Origin: Phoronis australis
Taxonomy: Eukaryota; Animalia; Phoronida
Direction: 5' to 3'
NCBI GenBank assembly: GCA_002633005.1
Contig: NMRA01000261.1
Span: forward strand, 1 to 64,000
Length of the DNA: 64,000 bases
The notes below the pieces were generated by a model. The model was not told the DNA's origin. It did no database searches and saw only the letters and a program-made list of their open reading frames with translations. Made by a program: the position numbers and the translations under genes. Shown in pieces: positions 1-11,300 of the stretch (the stretch's first letter is position 1; every line of letters begins with the position of its first letter).

Positions 1-226
1 CCGTCTCAGTCAGCCTGTCAGGTACATTGGAGCTAGATAAAGCACTTGGAGACGTCTTACTCTCTGTCTCAGTCAGCCTGTCAGGTACTTTAGTCTTGGA
101 TAAAACATTCAGAGATGTCTTAGTTTCTGTCTCAGCAAGTCTGTATGAAGGTCCACTGGAGCTGAAGGAAGCACTTAGAGACATCTTGGTCTCTGTTTCT
201 GTAGGTATACTGGAGATGAAAATATC
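1..226 (-). CDS. 5' part of a Ser/Thr-rich 63-bp-repeat exon of a TTC3/DZIP3-like gene copy (continues left of window)
   Basis: Acceptor tttgtgtttttcag|GAT at 227/226, then an open frame DIFISSIPTETETKMSLSASFSSSGPSYRLAETETKTSLNVLSKTKVPDRLTETESKTSPSALSSSNVPDRLTET, which is the same repeat unit as 18899-20494. Confidence 0.75.
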
Positions 227-2314
227 CTGAAAAACACAAAACAGCCTTAACAGTGGTATTCATATGAAGACTTTAAAATCCTATCTCATATAAATATTCC
301 GATTGAAATTCCAGCTTACACATCAAATTTTAATTGCCAAATACAGAGAGGCCATCTGTGTGAAACGTTTGGCATAAATTACACCGAGATGGATGGTGTA
401 CTTCATTAATCATCAGCAGAGAGAGAAATGTTGTATAGCAATCACACTGTGATCAAAACACGAAATAAATGTTCTACACATGTTGAAGGACTGGGATAAA
501 AAGCAATAAAATAATTCTCAAAGCTGCCCCTGACCTTCTGCCAGTAATGAGTACTAAAAATATTTTACTGTACCTACCTTCTAATATTAGGCTATGATTT
601 CACTTAAGAATATTGGTCATAAAAAATGGTCTTAACCTGAACCATTATAAAACTAGTATCAACAAGTTCCTTGCTCAAATCAGAGTAAATTAATGGGTTT
701 TGAAAGTAATACATTTTCGTATGAGTTATATGTTCCGTGCCTGAAGTGACCCGCAGGATCTTATCAACTTCTTAAAGGGACAGTATATAATGTTGTGGTG
801 ATTTCGCCCAAAACAGATTTCGTCACATGCAACTGCACAATGAACGACTGCCAGAAAAATAAAAACACTATTCCGATGAAACTTTCCCAATAGTGTCACC
901 AAGTGAATCCTCCTGTGGTACAAGGTGGATGGTCTCTCCCTGCAACTGTTGGTCAACTCACTCCAAGGCACTTATGTAACAATGAGAGAATTTATCACAC
1001 TCCAATGAACTCTTAATGTTCCTCTATGTGTGTACTAACATCTCACAACATCCTGTGCTTGTATCCAAATGACCCACTCTATGGGTGTTGGCTTCATAAG
1101 TCAAGCTGCGTGAAAATTCCCTTTGCATGCACCTCCCCTCCCAGCTGGGCTGAGGCCCGCCTAATTGCTACGTCGGAGCCTTCCTGCGCTGCCTCCGGCA
1201 GCTTGGCTGAGGCCCGCCTAAGAGCTACGTTGGAGCCTGCCTGTAGAAGGAGGTATATGCCTACTTTTTGCATGACATGCCTATTTCAAGTTCACCACAT
1301 AATGGAATGCCAGTGTGCTGTTACGCAATATTTCTCGTCGGCCGGCTCACCTTTCCGTGGAACATTGATCGCAGATAGGACGATGAATCCACTTGGTTTC
1401 TGAGCTCGATGTTGTGTTTTCTTATATCGGTAAAAAAATACTCTTTACGCATGCAACATGTCAATCACGAGCTGGTAAATGTCTTGCTTGCTGTAGTGTC
1501 ACAGTGTTTTATTTCCATGTTGTCATACAAAGCAGATTTCTTAGTTCCTGAACGAAGCTCCACAACATACACACCCACTCATTTGTGACATGCAGCAGTT
1601 GTACTACTCTTTTTGAAGGCGTGGACGTTAACACCCTGAAGGACTCCGCTTGAGGCTACAGTTCAACTGAAAAAATCAAACGCATTTAGTTATATTTGTT
1701 AGGTTAAATCTCATAAAGAAATCATGAAGAATGGTGAAATTTAATTAATTAATAATCAACCCATCAACTAATTCAGGCCAATGCAGAGAAAATAATGTGC
1801 GTTCACGTTCGATTTTTTGCCACTAGAGAATTGACGACTTCGTTCCCGATCGCCGTCTCACACAAGGACCCGCTTGTATTGGTAAATATCTCGAATTGTT
1901 TCACAAATCGTAACTAACAAAGGTGTCACCAAGGACTATTAAACTTTTGTTGTCACACGTCTCTACGTAAGAACCCTGGAATTGCTAATAACAAATAGAA
2001 ATTGTCGATTTTACGAGGCGCAGGGCATTGCTTTCTGCGCATTTTATTTCAAAAAATAAACAAAGGCCAAGTAATATTTCAGATCCACAACAAAAGTTAC
2101 ACTCTGACCCGGCCTTTTCTGTGTGTCGCATTCGTACCAAAGTAGATCCTATTAAGAAGAAAATGACACTTAAACTCGCCGGGTACGTCACTGTCTTCTG
2201 CCATTTTTAGTGCAAGGTTTCGTTCTCGGTCGCCTTCCGGGCGTTCTTGATCGCGGGTTGGCCGGGATGCATTGCAGCCGTCATCTGATGATTTCCGAAA
2301 ATTGGTCTCTGCGG

Positions 2315-3867
2315 AATTCGTTAGGTGGGCTGTCAAACATCATTCCGTAGTATTTGGCTGCACTTATTTTCGTTCAGTATTTTCCCAAGACATGATCCGC
2401 CAGCACATGAATAAATCAATGTCATTCTGTGTTTTAATAGATAGACAAATATGCGCAGCTCACCTCAGGTTGCTCCAATCTCACAAAATGTTCTTTTAAG
2501 ACGGCTTCATACTTAGGTAACATTGTCACTAGTCGTAAAAATTGCCCCTGTTCGAGGACGGGTCCTACTCATGGTGGTCTCGGAATGGTGAGTTTTGCTT
2601 CAGTTTGTAACTCTGGTTTCTCTTGCAGCCGTCAACACTTTCCGATTCTATCTGCTGCTACTTCGCTCACCTTAAACATGTTTCAAAATTGATCCGGCAA
2701 CAGATTTTTTTTAGTCTCTTCAGTTTTTGCCTGTTTAGCTTTCCGTTGTTGAAAGCCACTGGGCCGTTTAACGTTGGGGCATTTTAGAAGAACGTGGAGT
2801 TATACTACGAGGCTCTTACAGTAAGGTAGCTGTAGCGCATTCACACGGGCGCACAATAGATGTCTCTCTTGTTTTTGTTTTTGGCCCAGCGGGATACACG
2901 CGTCAGTATAATACCGTAACAGTGTTTCATAAAACTTTATTAAATTATGATACGTTTGCAAGGATACGGTTATTTACGAGTATGTACCAAGATAAGGTTA
3001 TTTACGTCTATGTATGGTTAAACCTGAAACAATTAACAAAGACAATACAATCTCTAATACAAATATAAGAACCAAATACATCGTATTGAAACACAGAAGT
3101 CTGCATGTCATAACACTATAGTCAATTCTCAATTAGACAAACACTAGTTAGCAGAAACTTGTAGTTATAACAATTTTTATGAATTAATCAAATAATCAAA
3201 GAACTGAGAATAGTTGTTTCTAAAGACAACGTTAATAGTCAAACATCAAGAAAAAAGTTGTAACTAGCAATACAAAGCGCAGTTGTTATTATAAACATCC
3301 CACAACTGGTCAAAGACATGTGGTGAATCACTTCCTATGCACTCATAAGAGGATACAAATTTTGGTAAACAACCAATATGTTTAATTTATTATACATCGT
3401 CACTAAAATTACATAACATTGTTCTAAATTAGACTAATTGTCTACAGTATCAGAAATGTCACTAACAGTACCAATGTTGGAAATGACACTCAATAGGCAA
3501 AATACTGAAACTCAAAATATGCCTGAGACACTTAGTCTCACCAGTCCGGTTATGTAAGCCTTTAATGATCGGTTCACGCCATATCACTTAGTTGGCACTA
3601 GCCCTTATGCCACTTAGTTGGCACTAGCCCTTATGCCACTTAGTTGGTACTAGCCCTTATGCCACTTAGTTGGCACTAGCCCTTATGCCACTTAGTTGGC
3701 ACTAGCCCTTATGCCATTGTTTTGGATCAGTGTCCGATTTCGAGGTTGACACCCGATGAATTAGGACTACGGAAAAAAGTGCTACGTTTCTGTCATATTA
3801 GCCGTTGCCAAGAGCATGATAGTTTAGGGCGGTTCGACCCCCNCCCCCCCCCCCAGGTACGCCACTG
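2315..3867 (-). mobile_element. Decayed hAT-superfamily (ZMYM1/DUF4371-type) transposon fragment
   Basis: Frameshifted minus-strand peptides KRPSGFQQRKAKQAKTEETKK (~2770-2705), GQFLRLVTMLPKYEAVLKEHFVRL..AYLS, FIHVLADHV and KISAAKYYGMMFDS (~2550-2325) match the hAT pattern GNFL..L...DPVL.EH...YLS..IQNE.I...AKYFSI.LD. A terminus-like CAGTGGCGTACC lies on the minus strand at 3867, with a subterminal tandem repeat. The other end was not found. Confidence 0.8.
3585..3716. repeat. 26-bp tandem repeat x5 (cacttagttggcactagcccttatgc), subterminal in the hAT element
   Basis: Directly visible, nearly identical copies. Confidence 0.95.
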
Positions 3868-4340
3868 CTGTCAGGTATGCGACATTACAATAAATTATTT
3901 ATCTTTTGATTCTGGTATAAACATCAAGAACTGACAAAGGGATTTCTAAACATATGACTGTTATGCAATGCGGTTGAAAAACGGCGTAAGTACAGCTACT
4001 ACTTCACGCGTTCATTTATATTTTCAATCTTAAACAACATGAACAACTATTCAAATAAAATCCTATTTGACTGTTGCATGTGACAATGCACTAGACCTGG
4101 ACTTCGACATAGTATCTCATATTCTATAGAGGCTTTTCACTGCACCTAACTGCCATGATAACTAATGTGCGTTGTTATCGATCGCCCATTTATTGATTTA
4201 TCTGAAGACAGTCATCATTGGGATTGCAGCGAGCAATGACATAATTTGCTGTGCTGTTTTGTATGATCCCACTGATATGTTGCGTGGTCCATCTCTTCCC
4301 AACATTCTATCAGTGACAGTTCGTACTGTCAGACAGCAAA

Positions 4341-5850
4341 ATGCGGTTACCAAAGAGACGCGTAGTTGCACGGATGTTTACATTGATTGCTGTGGTCTGG
4401 TCCCTGTATGGCGTTGTATTCCTCATGAATGCCGTTGTGTCAACTCACTCAAACAGCATGGTTTATAACCCGCGATGTTTTACAGCGTCAAATGCATCAA
4501 GTAGGCCTAAGAACCATGCACTTCAGGCTTCAATGTCGTACAGAGGTAAGTGCATGGCCGCGACGATTTGAGTCGTCACAGTTTTTATTTTCTTCTTTTT
4601 AACGGAAAATCAAAACAAAGAATATAAAAATATTTGCTTCCTCTATCACTGTCACCTGTAAAAGCAACAAAAATTTCAAGCCCAGTGCTGTAGTGGGGCG
4701 TAGGCGCATGTAGGCGCACGTAGGCGCAGCCAACTACCTTTTGGCATTTGAACGTAACGCCTACGCACCGTAAGTTACGTTCAGTGTTCAAGGTGATACG
4801 ATGGGCTTTGGGCGCCTACTTACCTCTTATTTTACCACTACAGCACTGTTCAAGCCATAAAAACGGTAAATCGACTGCTGCGATTACGTGAGATAAATGT
4901 CTTTATACATTGTAGAATTCGGGTATCACACGCCGGATGGAAACCGTCCCCTGGTATGCGAAAATTGTTTTGAAACAAAAACATCCTATGTGTTGAACGC
5001 TCACACCGCCTGCCGACCTTCAACGTCTAGTTTACTTCTTATTGTCCTTGTGACGAGCAATCCCGTGAACACCTTCAACCGCGCCTCCATCCGATATACC
5101 TGGGGTCTATTGGCCGATAGCAATAGGTCTCCGACAGTGAGAGTCGTGTTCCTTTTGGGAACCCACCCCGATAAAACAGCGATGCAGTGTCTGCGAGAAG
5201 AAAGTGTTAAGTATGGGGACATTGTCCAAGGAGACTTTTACGACACTTACGCTCATTTGACATTAAAAACGCTTATGGGTTTAAAGTGGGCGAATGAACA
5301 GTGCTCAAACGCGCGCTTCCTCTTAAAAACAGACGACGACGTACTTATCCAACCGTTGAGGCTAGTGAATGTGATCCTAAGTCATAACATGCAAAATACT
5401 ATACTGGGCAATTGCTTTCAGTTTGAACCACATAGAGGGAACTGGTCTAAATGGTCAGTCCATCACTCTATGTACTCTGACCGACATCCACCCGTTCACG
5501 TGTGCTCTGGCACAGCGTACGTAATGTCTCTTCGTTTGGCGAAGGAGATCTTTCGTATATCACCAAACGTACCCTTCTTCCCACTGGAAGACGTATACGT
5601 CGGACTATGTCTTAAACACTTAGAGAATGTTCTTCAGACAACCTTCGAACATCTGTCTGTGGTAGGTTTTTACCACATGAATAGCAAGCTTCTTAACCGA
5701 GAGAAGTTTCTGTGTGAATGTGTGATAACTGCCCATGGGGTGGATGTATTGAAGCAGTGGGGAGTCATGAAGAGAGCTAAGTGTATTTACAATGCAACAG
5801 GTGGTTTCGTAAAACAAGAATGTTGTGACACAGGAAGATGTGACAATTGA
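4341..5850 (+). CDS. Beta-1,3-galactosyltransferase-like glycosyltransferase (GT31), join(4341..4545,4916..5850), ~379 aa
   Basis: Exon 1 encodes a type II anchor MRLPKRRVVARMFTLIAVVWSLYGVVFLM. Donor G|gtaagt at 4545 and acceptor tgtag|AA at 4916 are both phase 1. Motifs R..IRYTW, E..KYGDIVQGDFYDTY..LTLKT, KTDDD, SGTAYVMS, LEDVYVG. Confidence 0.92.
4683..4848. mobile_element. hAT-type MITE in the B3GALT-like intron
   Basis: 14-bp TIR cagtgctgtagtgg/ccactacagcactg, perfect 8-bp TSD ttcaagcc (4675-4682, 4849-4856), internal gtaggcgc repeats. Confidence 0.92.
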
Positions 5851-6958
5851 CTATGATGAACGTTCAACACGACTGCTTTCTTGTGAGTAAGTAGCTTGAC
5901 GAATTTGTGGTTTGACCCGACCCTATCCGACCATAGATTAAAAAGCATTTGATCTATGACCAGACGCTTCAACGTATTACCGAATGACACGAGTAACGTA
6001 ATGCCGACGTGCGCACACGTGCTTTTTAAGCACATCCACTTTACGCGTGTCGCAACCACTTTTGTATACTGATACACAATTTGATCAAAGAAAAACTGAA
6101 AACTGTTACAATTTGTGTAATGAATTCGAACATCATTTCTCGGAAATGGTTGATCGTATTCATATGAAACTTTCAGATACTATGCTTTATGCACTATTAC
6201 TATTCTTCAAAAATATGATTAGGGATTGCATTTAAATTGTTACAGTTTTGCAAACTGGGCTATCAAAATTGGAATCGTACGAATTTCATGAAAAAACTCT
6301 CTAGTTGCACAAAACAAATGCGAAATACTTTACGGAGCTTTAACATCGTTTTTGATAAGTCACCTTGAACATTTACGTCAAACAGAATTAGACCATGAAA
6401 ATACTGTTGTTTGCTACGAATGTGTATTTTCGTTCTGCAATATTTTATTAAATACATGGTAATGTAACCAAATTAATGCCAGATTGCCAATGAAAAATCA
6501 AAACCCAAATTTTACAGTTAGAATAGTTTTGTAGATATTTGAGGTCCTACTTTACCTTACCGGATTTCTTAAATCTTAAATCATCCTGAACAACAATCTT
6601 GCACATGGCAGACCATCAAATAAGACAATTTTAATGCAGTTTCAGTTCTGATGAGTACATGAAGAGGCCGTCAAAATTGGACCAAGAGGAGCATTACAGG
6701 GGCTGATCCAGGGTCATGGCACCTACAGTGAGTTGGGTTACTCTGCACTGTTGAGGTTATGGCGTTTGTCCCTGATTCTAACCCCTTATGATCCTCTGCC
6801 ACTGCAGCAAAGATTCTAGGCATAATCCAAGAATCATCAGCCTGTCCCTTATACAGGACTCTGGCACATTTTAAGCATCTGTTTGAATTCACCTGTGAGT
6901 AAGTGGACATTTTTAACATATTTTGTTTTAAAAAATAAATATGTTACACTGCTAAATG

Positions 6959-6964
6959 TTTATT
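6959..6964 (-). terminator. Candidate AATAAA polyadenylation signal of the TTC3/DZIP3-like gene
   Basis: tttatt on the + strand ~1.35 kb past the stop codon, at the end of an AT-rich UTR-like stretch. Confidence 0.45.
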
Positions 6965-8302
6965 AACAGCAAAACAAAAAAACAAGTACAAAACAAATGA
7001 CTAGCAATCAACTGTCCAACGATATTGCAGTTACAAAAAATAAGTGGTACTCAGTGAAAAGTACATCTCAAAAATATATGATAAGTAACCTGAGTGATAC
7101 ACAGACTACCAGCACCTTTTGAACTCTTGTAACAAAAACAAACATAAGGTCTTCCTCAGCTCCCCCTATTGAGCTTCAATGACACCATGTTAGTCACAGC
7201 AGCTGACAAAAGTATTCTCAACCCAGTTACTAGTCCTTTTTAAAAAGAGCACCAAGGTGAAACCACTGTTACAGGCAGACTTACAGTAAGACATTTAATG
7301 ACTGGAAACAATGAAATAAAAAATCAAGTAAAACCTCAAGTCTCTGTCCTCTCACCTTTCAATAATACCTTCCACTTCTCTAAATAACTACGTAACCTGG
7401 AAAACATTAGATGCACTAAACTAGCACATAACTCGCAACATACAACCCCATCGTAACATACTGTTGAAACAAGACGGACAGAAATAGGCAACCAACTTTG
7501 ACATAAACCATTCCTCACATGAACCATCATCCTCATAGCTGTTGCTGGTTTTTGTTACGCTTCCAAAAGCTACTATAGGGTGTGTGTGCTCTAACTAAAC
7601 TACAACTTGTCCAAATACATATATACATATATAACTAGAGTAACACTTTTTCTGAATATATAATTAGACTGAGACTAGTCCTAAATACATAACAAATCTA
7701 AGTCTATCTAAAACCTATTACAACTCATCTGAGAAACAGCATCATTACAAAATGAAAAGCACATCAGCTTAGTGCCCAAAATTTGCTTTTCACGAAATCC
7801 TAGACCTGTTCTTGACCTGAAGGGTCTAACATATACATAGTATCAAATCATAACCATAAGATAAAACATCTACTTACTATAGACACCTTGTGATGGGATT
7901 AAATATGACAGACACAGAGGCCACCAAATGTTCCTCAATAATCAACTTGATATAAGACCAGCGGCATAGCATACTTTCAGTGAACATGTTATTGGTTTTA
8001 TCATTTCAGGAGCTGATTACACATAGTTGAGAGAGTGCATCCCTCATCTGCTGCCTCTCCACAGTATTCCAGCAGGAACAGAGACTCTTCAAACAATTTA
8101 ATGGAACACTACTCCTTAACAAAACCAGTATCCGATAAACTCTTGGCCTTTTAATACAGGCCCGCTTGCAGTCTCCTAGCAATGTAAAGTTCATTAGAAC
8201 TATAACTTAGTACTTTCATGGCCTATTTAATTTGGCTTTCAGTCTCTGAGCACTGTGTAGTCCACCAAAACATTGACCTATTTACACAGCAGTTCCTGGA
8301 AC

Positions 8303-8398
8303 TCAATCTCCAAGCTTGGGGAACTCCTCGGGAAACAGAGCATGTTGTCTGCAAGTTGGGCATGTTCTCTCCTCCCCCAATACCCAACGTTTAATACA
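8303..8398 (-). CDS. Last coding exon, RING-H2 second half (CIKRWVLGEERTCPTCRQHALFPEEFPKLGD*)
   Basis: Acceptor ttgtag|TGT, TGA at 8305-8303. Not present in the ORF track. Confidence 0.9.
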   Translation of the reverse strand, partial: CIKRWVLGEERTCPTCRQHALFPEEFPKLGD

Positions 8399-11300
8399 CT
8401 ACAAATACAACAAAAATATGTCAATCACTTGTTTATAGACTAACATATAGCCACAACCTGCCCCAACATTCCCCAAGAACCTGTTTGGTAGTTGATTAAC
8501 TCTGAGAAATTGTCCGTTTTGTGATGAAGATTACTCTACCTAGGCATCCGGCAAGTTACGTGAAAATTCTCCAATTTGGAACAGTCTCTAGAGTTTGGGA
8601 CATTTTGTCATTCACCAAATTTCTCAAACTTTGGACAATGTGTTTTCAACGTACTAAGTTTGTAAGTTCATTGTCTTCCCAATGTTCTTGAATTTTAGAC
8701 AGCCAGCTTGTAGCCAATTTCTAGAATTTGGGACAAACTCCGACCTTAAACAAAATATTAATTTTTCACTGCACCAAATTTTTACCGTAACTTCTGAGCT
8801 GATTCAATCCCCTTTTCCACAGAGCAACAATAACCAGGGATTGTTATGATTTGTCATGGTGCCAGTTAGGAAAAATGAATTAAGAAGAAACAATGGACAG
8901 AATCTGTGATAAATTTTACACTTCTGTAAACATAAACAATTGGCCCTACCTCCAGATGAAATTCATGTCCACAGTCCAGTGACTTGAGTTCTCCATACTT
9001 GAGACTATCAAAACACACAACGCAGTCATCAGGCTGAAAATAAAACATCCTTCGGTCAACAAACCAGTGTTGCTATAAAGCAGGCAATATTTCCCAGTCA
9101 GAAACCTATTTCAACAAATGGTATTTAATGATAACCATGAATTGCCAGGAGCCATCAAGTCTTTATCTAATCAATTTATTAGTCAATCTTAACTGAAGAA
9201 GGCAACAGTCACTGGTTTTTGCCTAGGTAGAATTTTTAACCTTTCAAAACAAATCTCAGAAAACAATATATTGTTTGTATCAATTTTCTTTATGAAACAC
9301 CATCAAGTCAATGAATTATCATTAAGAAACATCCCCAAGTCAACAGCCGATTATGAGGACTATAAAACACCCGCAAACCAACACTAATGACCCCGATAAA
9401 AATTCCAGATACACCCCTATTACCATCACACTACAAATTGAAACAGCTCACAATTCTTTTTTTCTTATTACTTCAGAAGGAAGCCCAAGGTCCATTTCAT
9501 GAAAGTGACGAGGCTTGAGGCAGAAATTTGGCTCTTATGCTCACACTTCACAATTGCTGAATAAAGGTTTAGTCAAGTTTAGCCTAAAAAAAATATGAAT
9601 TCAAAATTATCTTAGAAACTTGTAGTTAGTGTATGTTCTCAAAGGCATTGCACTTTTGCTCAGATGGGATTTAATTATTTTTCAGAAATAGGTGGCGTGT
9701 AAGACCAAATTTCTGTCCAAGTCTAAAGTCACTTTTCATGAAACCGACTCCTTATAACTTCACTTGCCTCTTCATCTGTGGCAGTGTAACGGTTGACTGT
9801 TTTAGCCACATATGGTAAGGGTGACACCTTCTTTGTGCTGGTTTGTACGTTCCACACGGGAGTTGTGACTGGGGCAAACACAGGCGGCAAATTGGCCGAC
9901 TTTGTTGTAGTGACAAGCTGAGCACCTGAGGCAGTGTGAGTGCCAGACAGCGAGGGTGGTAGTGGCGCTGTTCGCAGCTCGCTATAACCATGCGCATAAC
10001 AACACTAGAAGAAACGAGACAAATTGCTTTCACTATCAGGACTTTATCCAGAATATGTTGTGGTTGCATGAATCATATTCAGCTACATCAACATTGATTT
10101 AAAAATAAAAACATAGCATCAAATACTTCATTTTCAACGTGAAGTAGAAGGAAAAAACCTAAGCAGTAGTAAATATGGTTCACCATAGAAACAGTTATGC
10201 TTTTATTACTAAGACCATTTGCAAAACCAATGCATCTAAAGGAAGCTGGTACTCATATGAGTATAAGCAAAATAAAAAAAAATTAGTGACCATAATTTCA
10301 GTTTTGAGACAGGGAGGGGAGCAAAGGGGGGAGAGAGCGAGCGAGGAAAGTAGGTAAAGAAGGAGGGAGAGAGTACTGAAGGCAACTAATGTAAAGCAGA
10401 GTGATGGTGAGCACCCTTTGTGTGCATCACAAATGAGCAAAAAGGAGATTGTTATTCGCCACTAGGGAGTGCCAGGCATACCTTAAGGTGAACACATTTC
10501 CCAAATTTCACGACAACCGCTCACGTGGTGTGCCAAATAGGGACAGTACCTCCAAAACTAATTCATTGTCAAGGACACCGTATTAAAGTTGTAACTAGGG
10601 GGTGCAGCTCAAGTTGAACTGTCTTCAAGTGGACATGTGAACGGACAGACAGACAACCTCATTCCAATATAACTTAGATCTCAAGGCATAGCACACAGCA
10701 ACTTACCTTGGGACCATACGTGCACCCCACTTTGGACATGAAGCGAGAACAGAGCTGTGTCTTCAACAGTGGATTTAACTCTTTTGAACCATGAGCGAAT
10801 GTACAAGAAGATCCTTTTGAGCAGAATCCACGAGACATAAAGGAGTTGCAGAGTAGACTCTTGAAGGTAAGGTCATTAGGTGAATGCCTGCATATACAAT
10901 ACAACTGCCATGATGAATGTTGCCATGGAGATGTTTCACAAACAGTCCTGGATATGAACAGCATTATTTTGCATTCAAACAATTGCAGAAATTGGATTTT
11001 TTTTTAGAAAAGCTGACTTTGAAAAAAATTATCATGAAGGAAATTTAACCAAATGACATCTTATGACATAAAAAGAGGTGGCACAGAATATGTCGAGTCC
11101 ATCTGAAAACGAGAATGCGTCGTTACCTCTTTAATAGATACCTATATGCCACATTTTAAGAAAATTTGTCATGGAACTCGCAAGATACACAGGCAAATGT
11201 AAAAAACTAAAATTGCCACAAGGCGACACACTGGAAATGGGATCCCTCCGGAAGTTTGCATATGCCGTCCCATCTGCCAAATTTCATTAATATCCATCAA

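Noticed and set aside
4897-4915. ORF-track start MSLYIV for the glycosyltransferase
   Set aside because: Intronic; the membrane anchor is encoded by exon 4341-4545.
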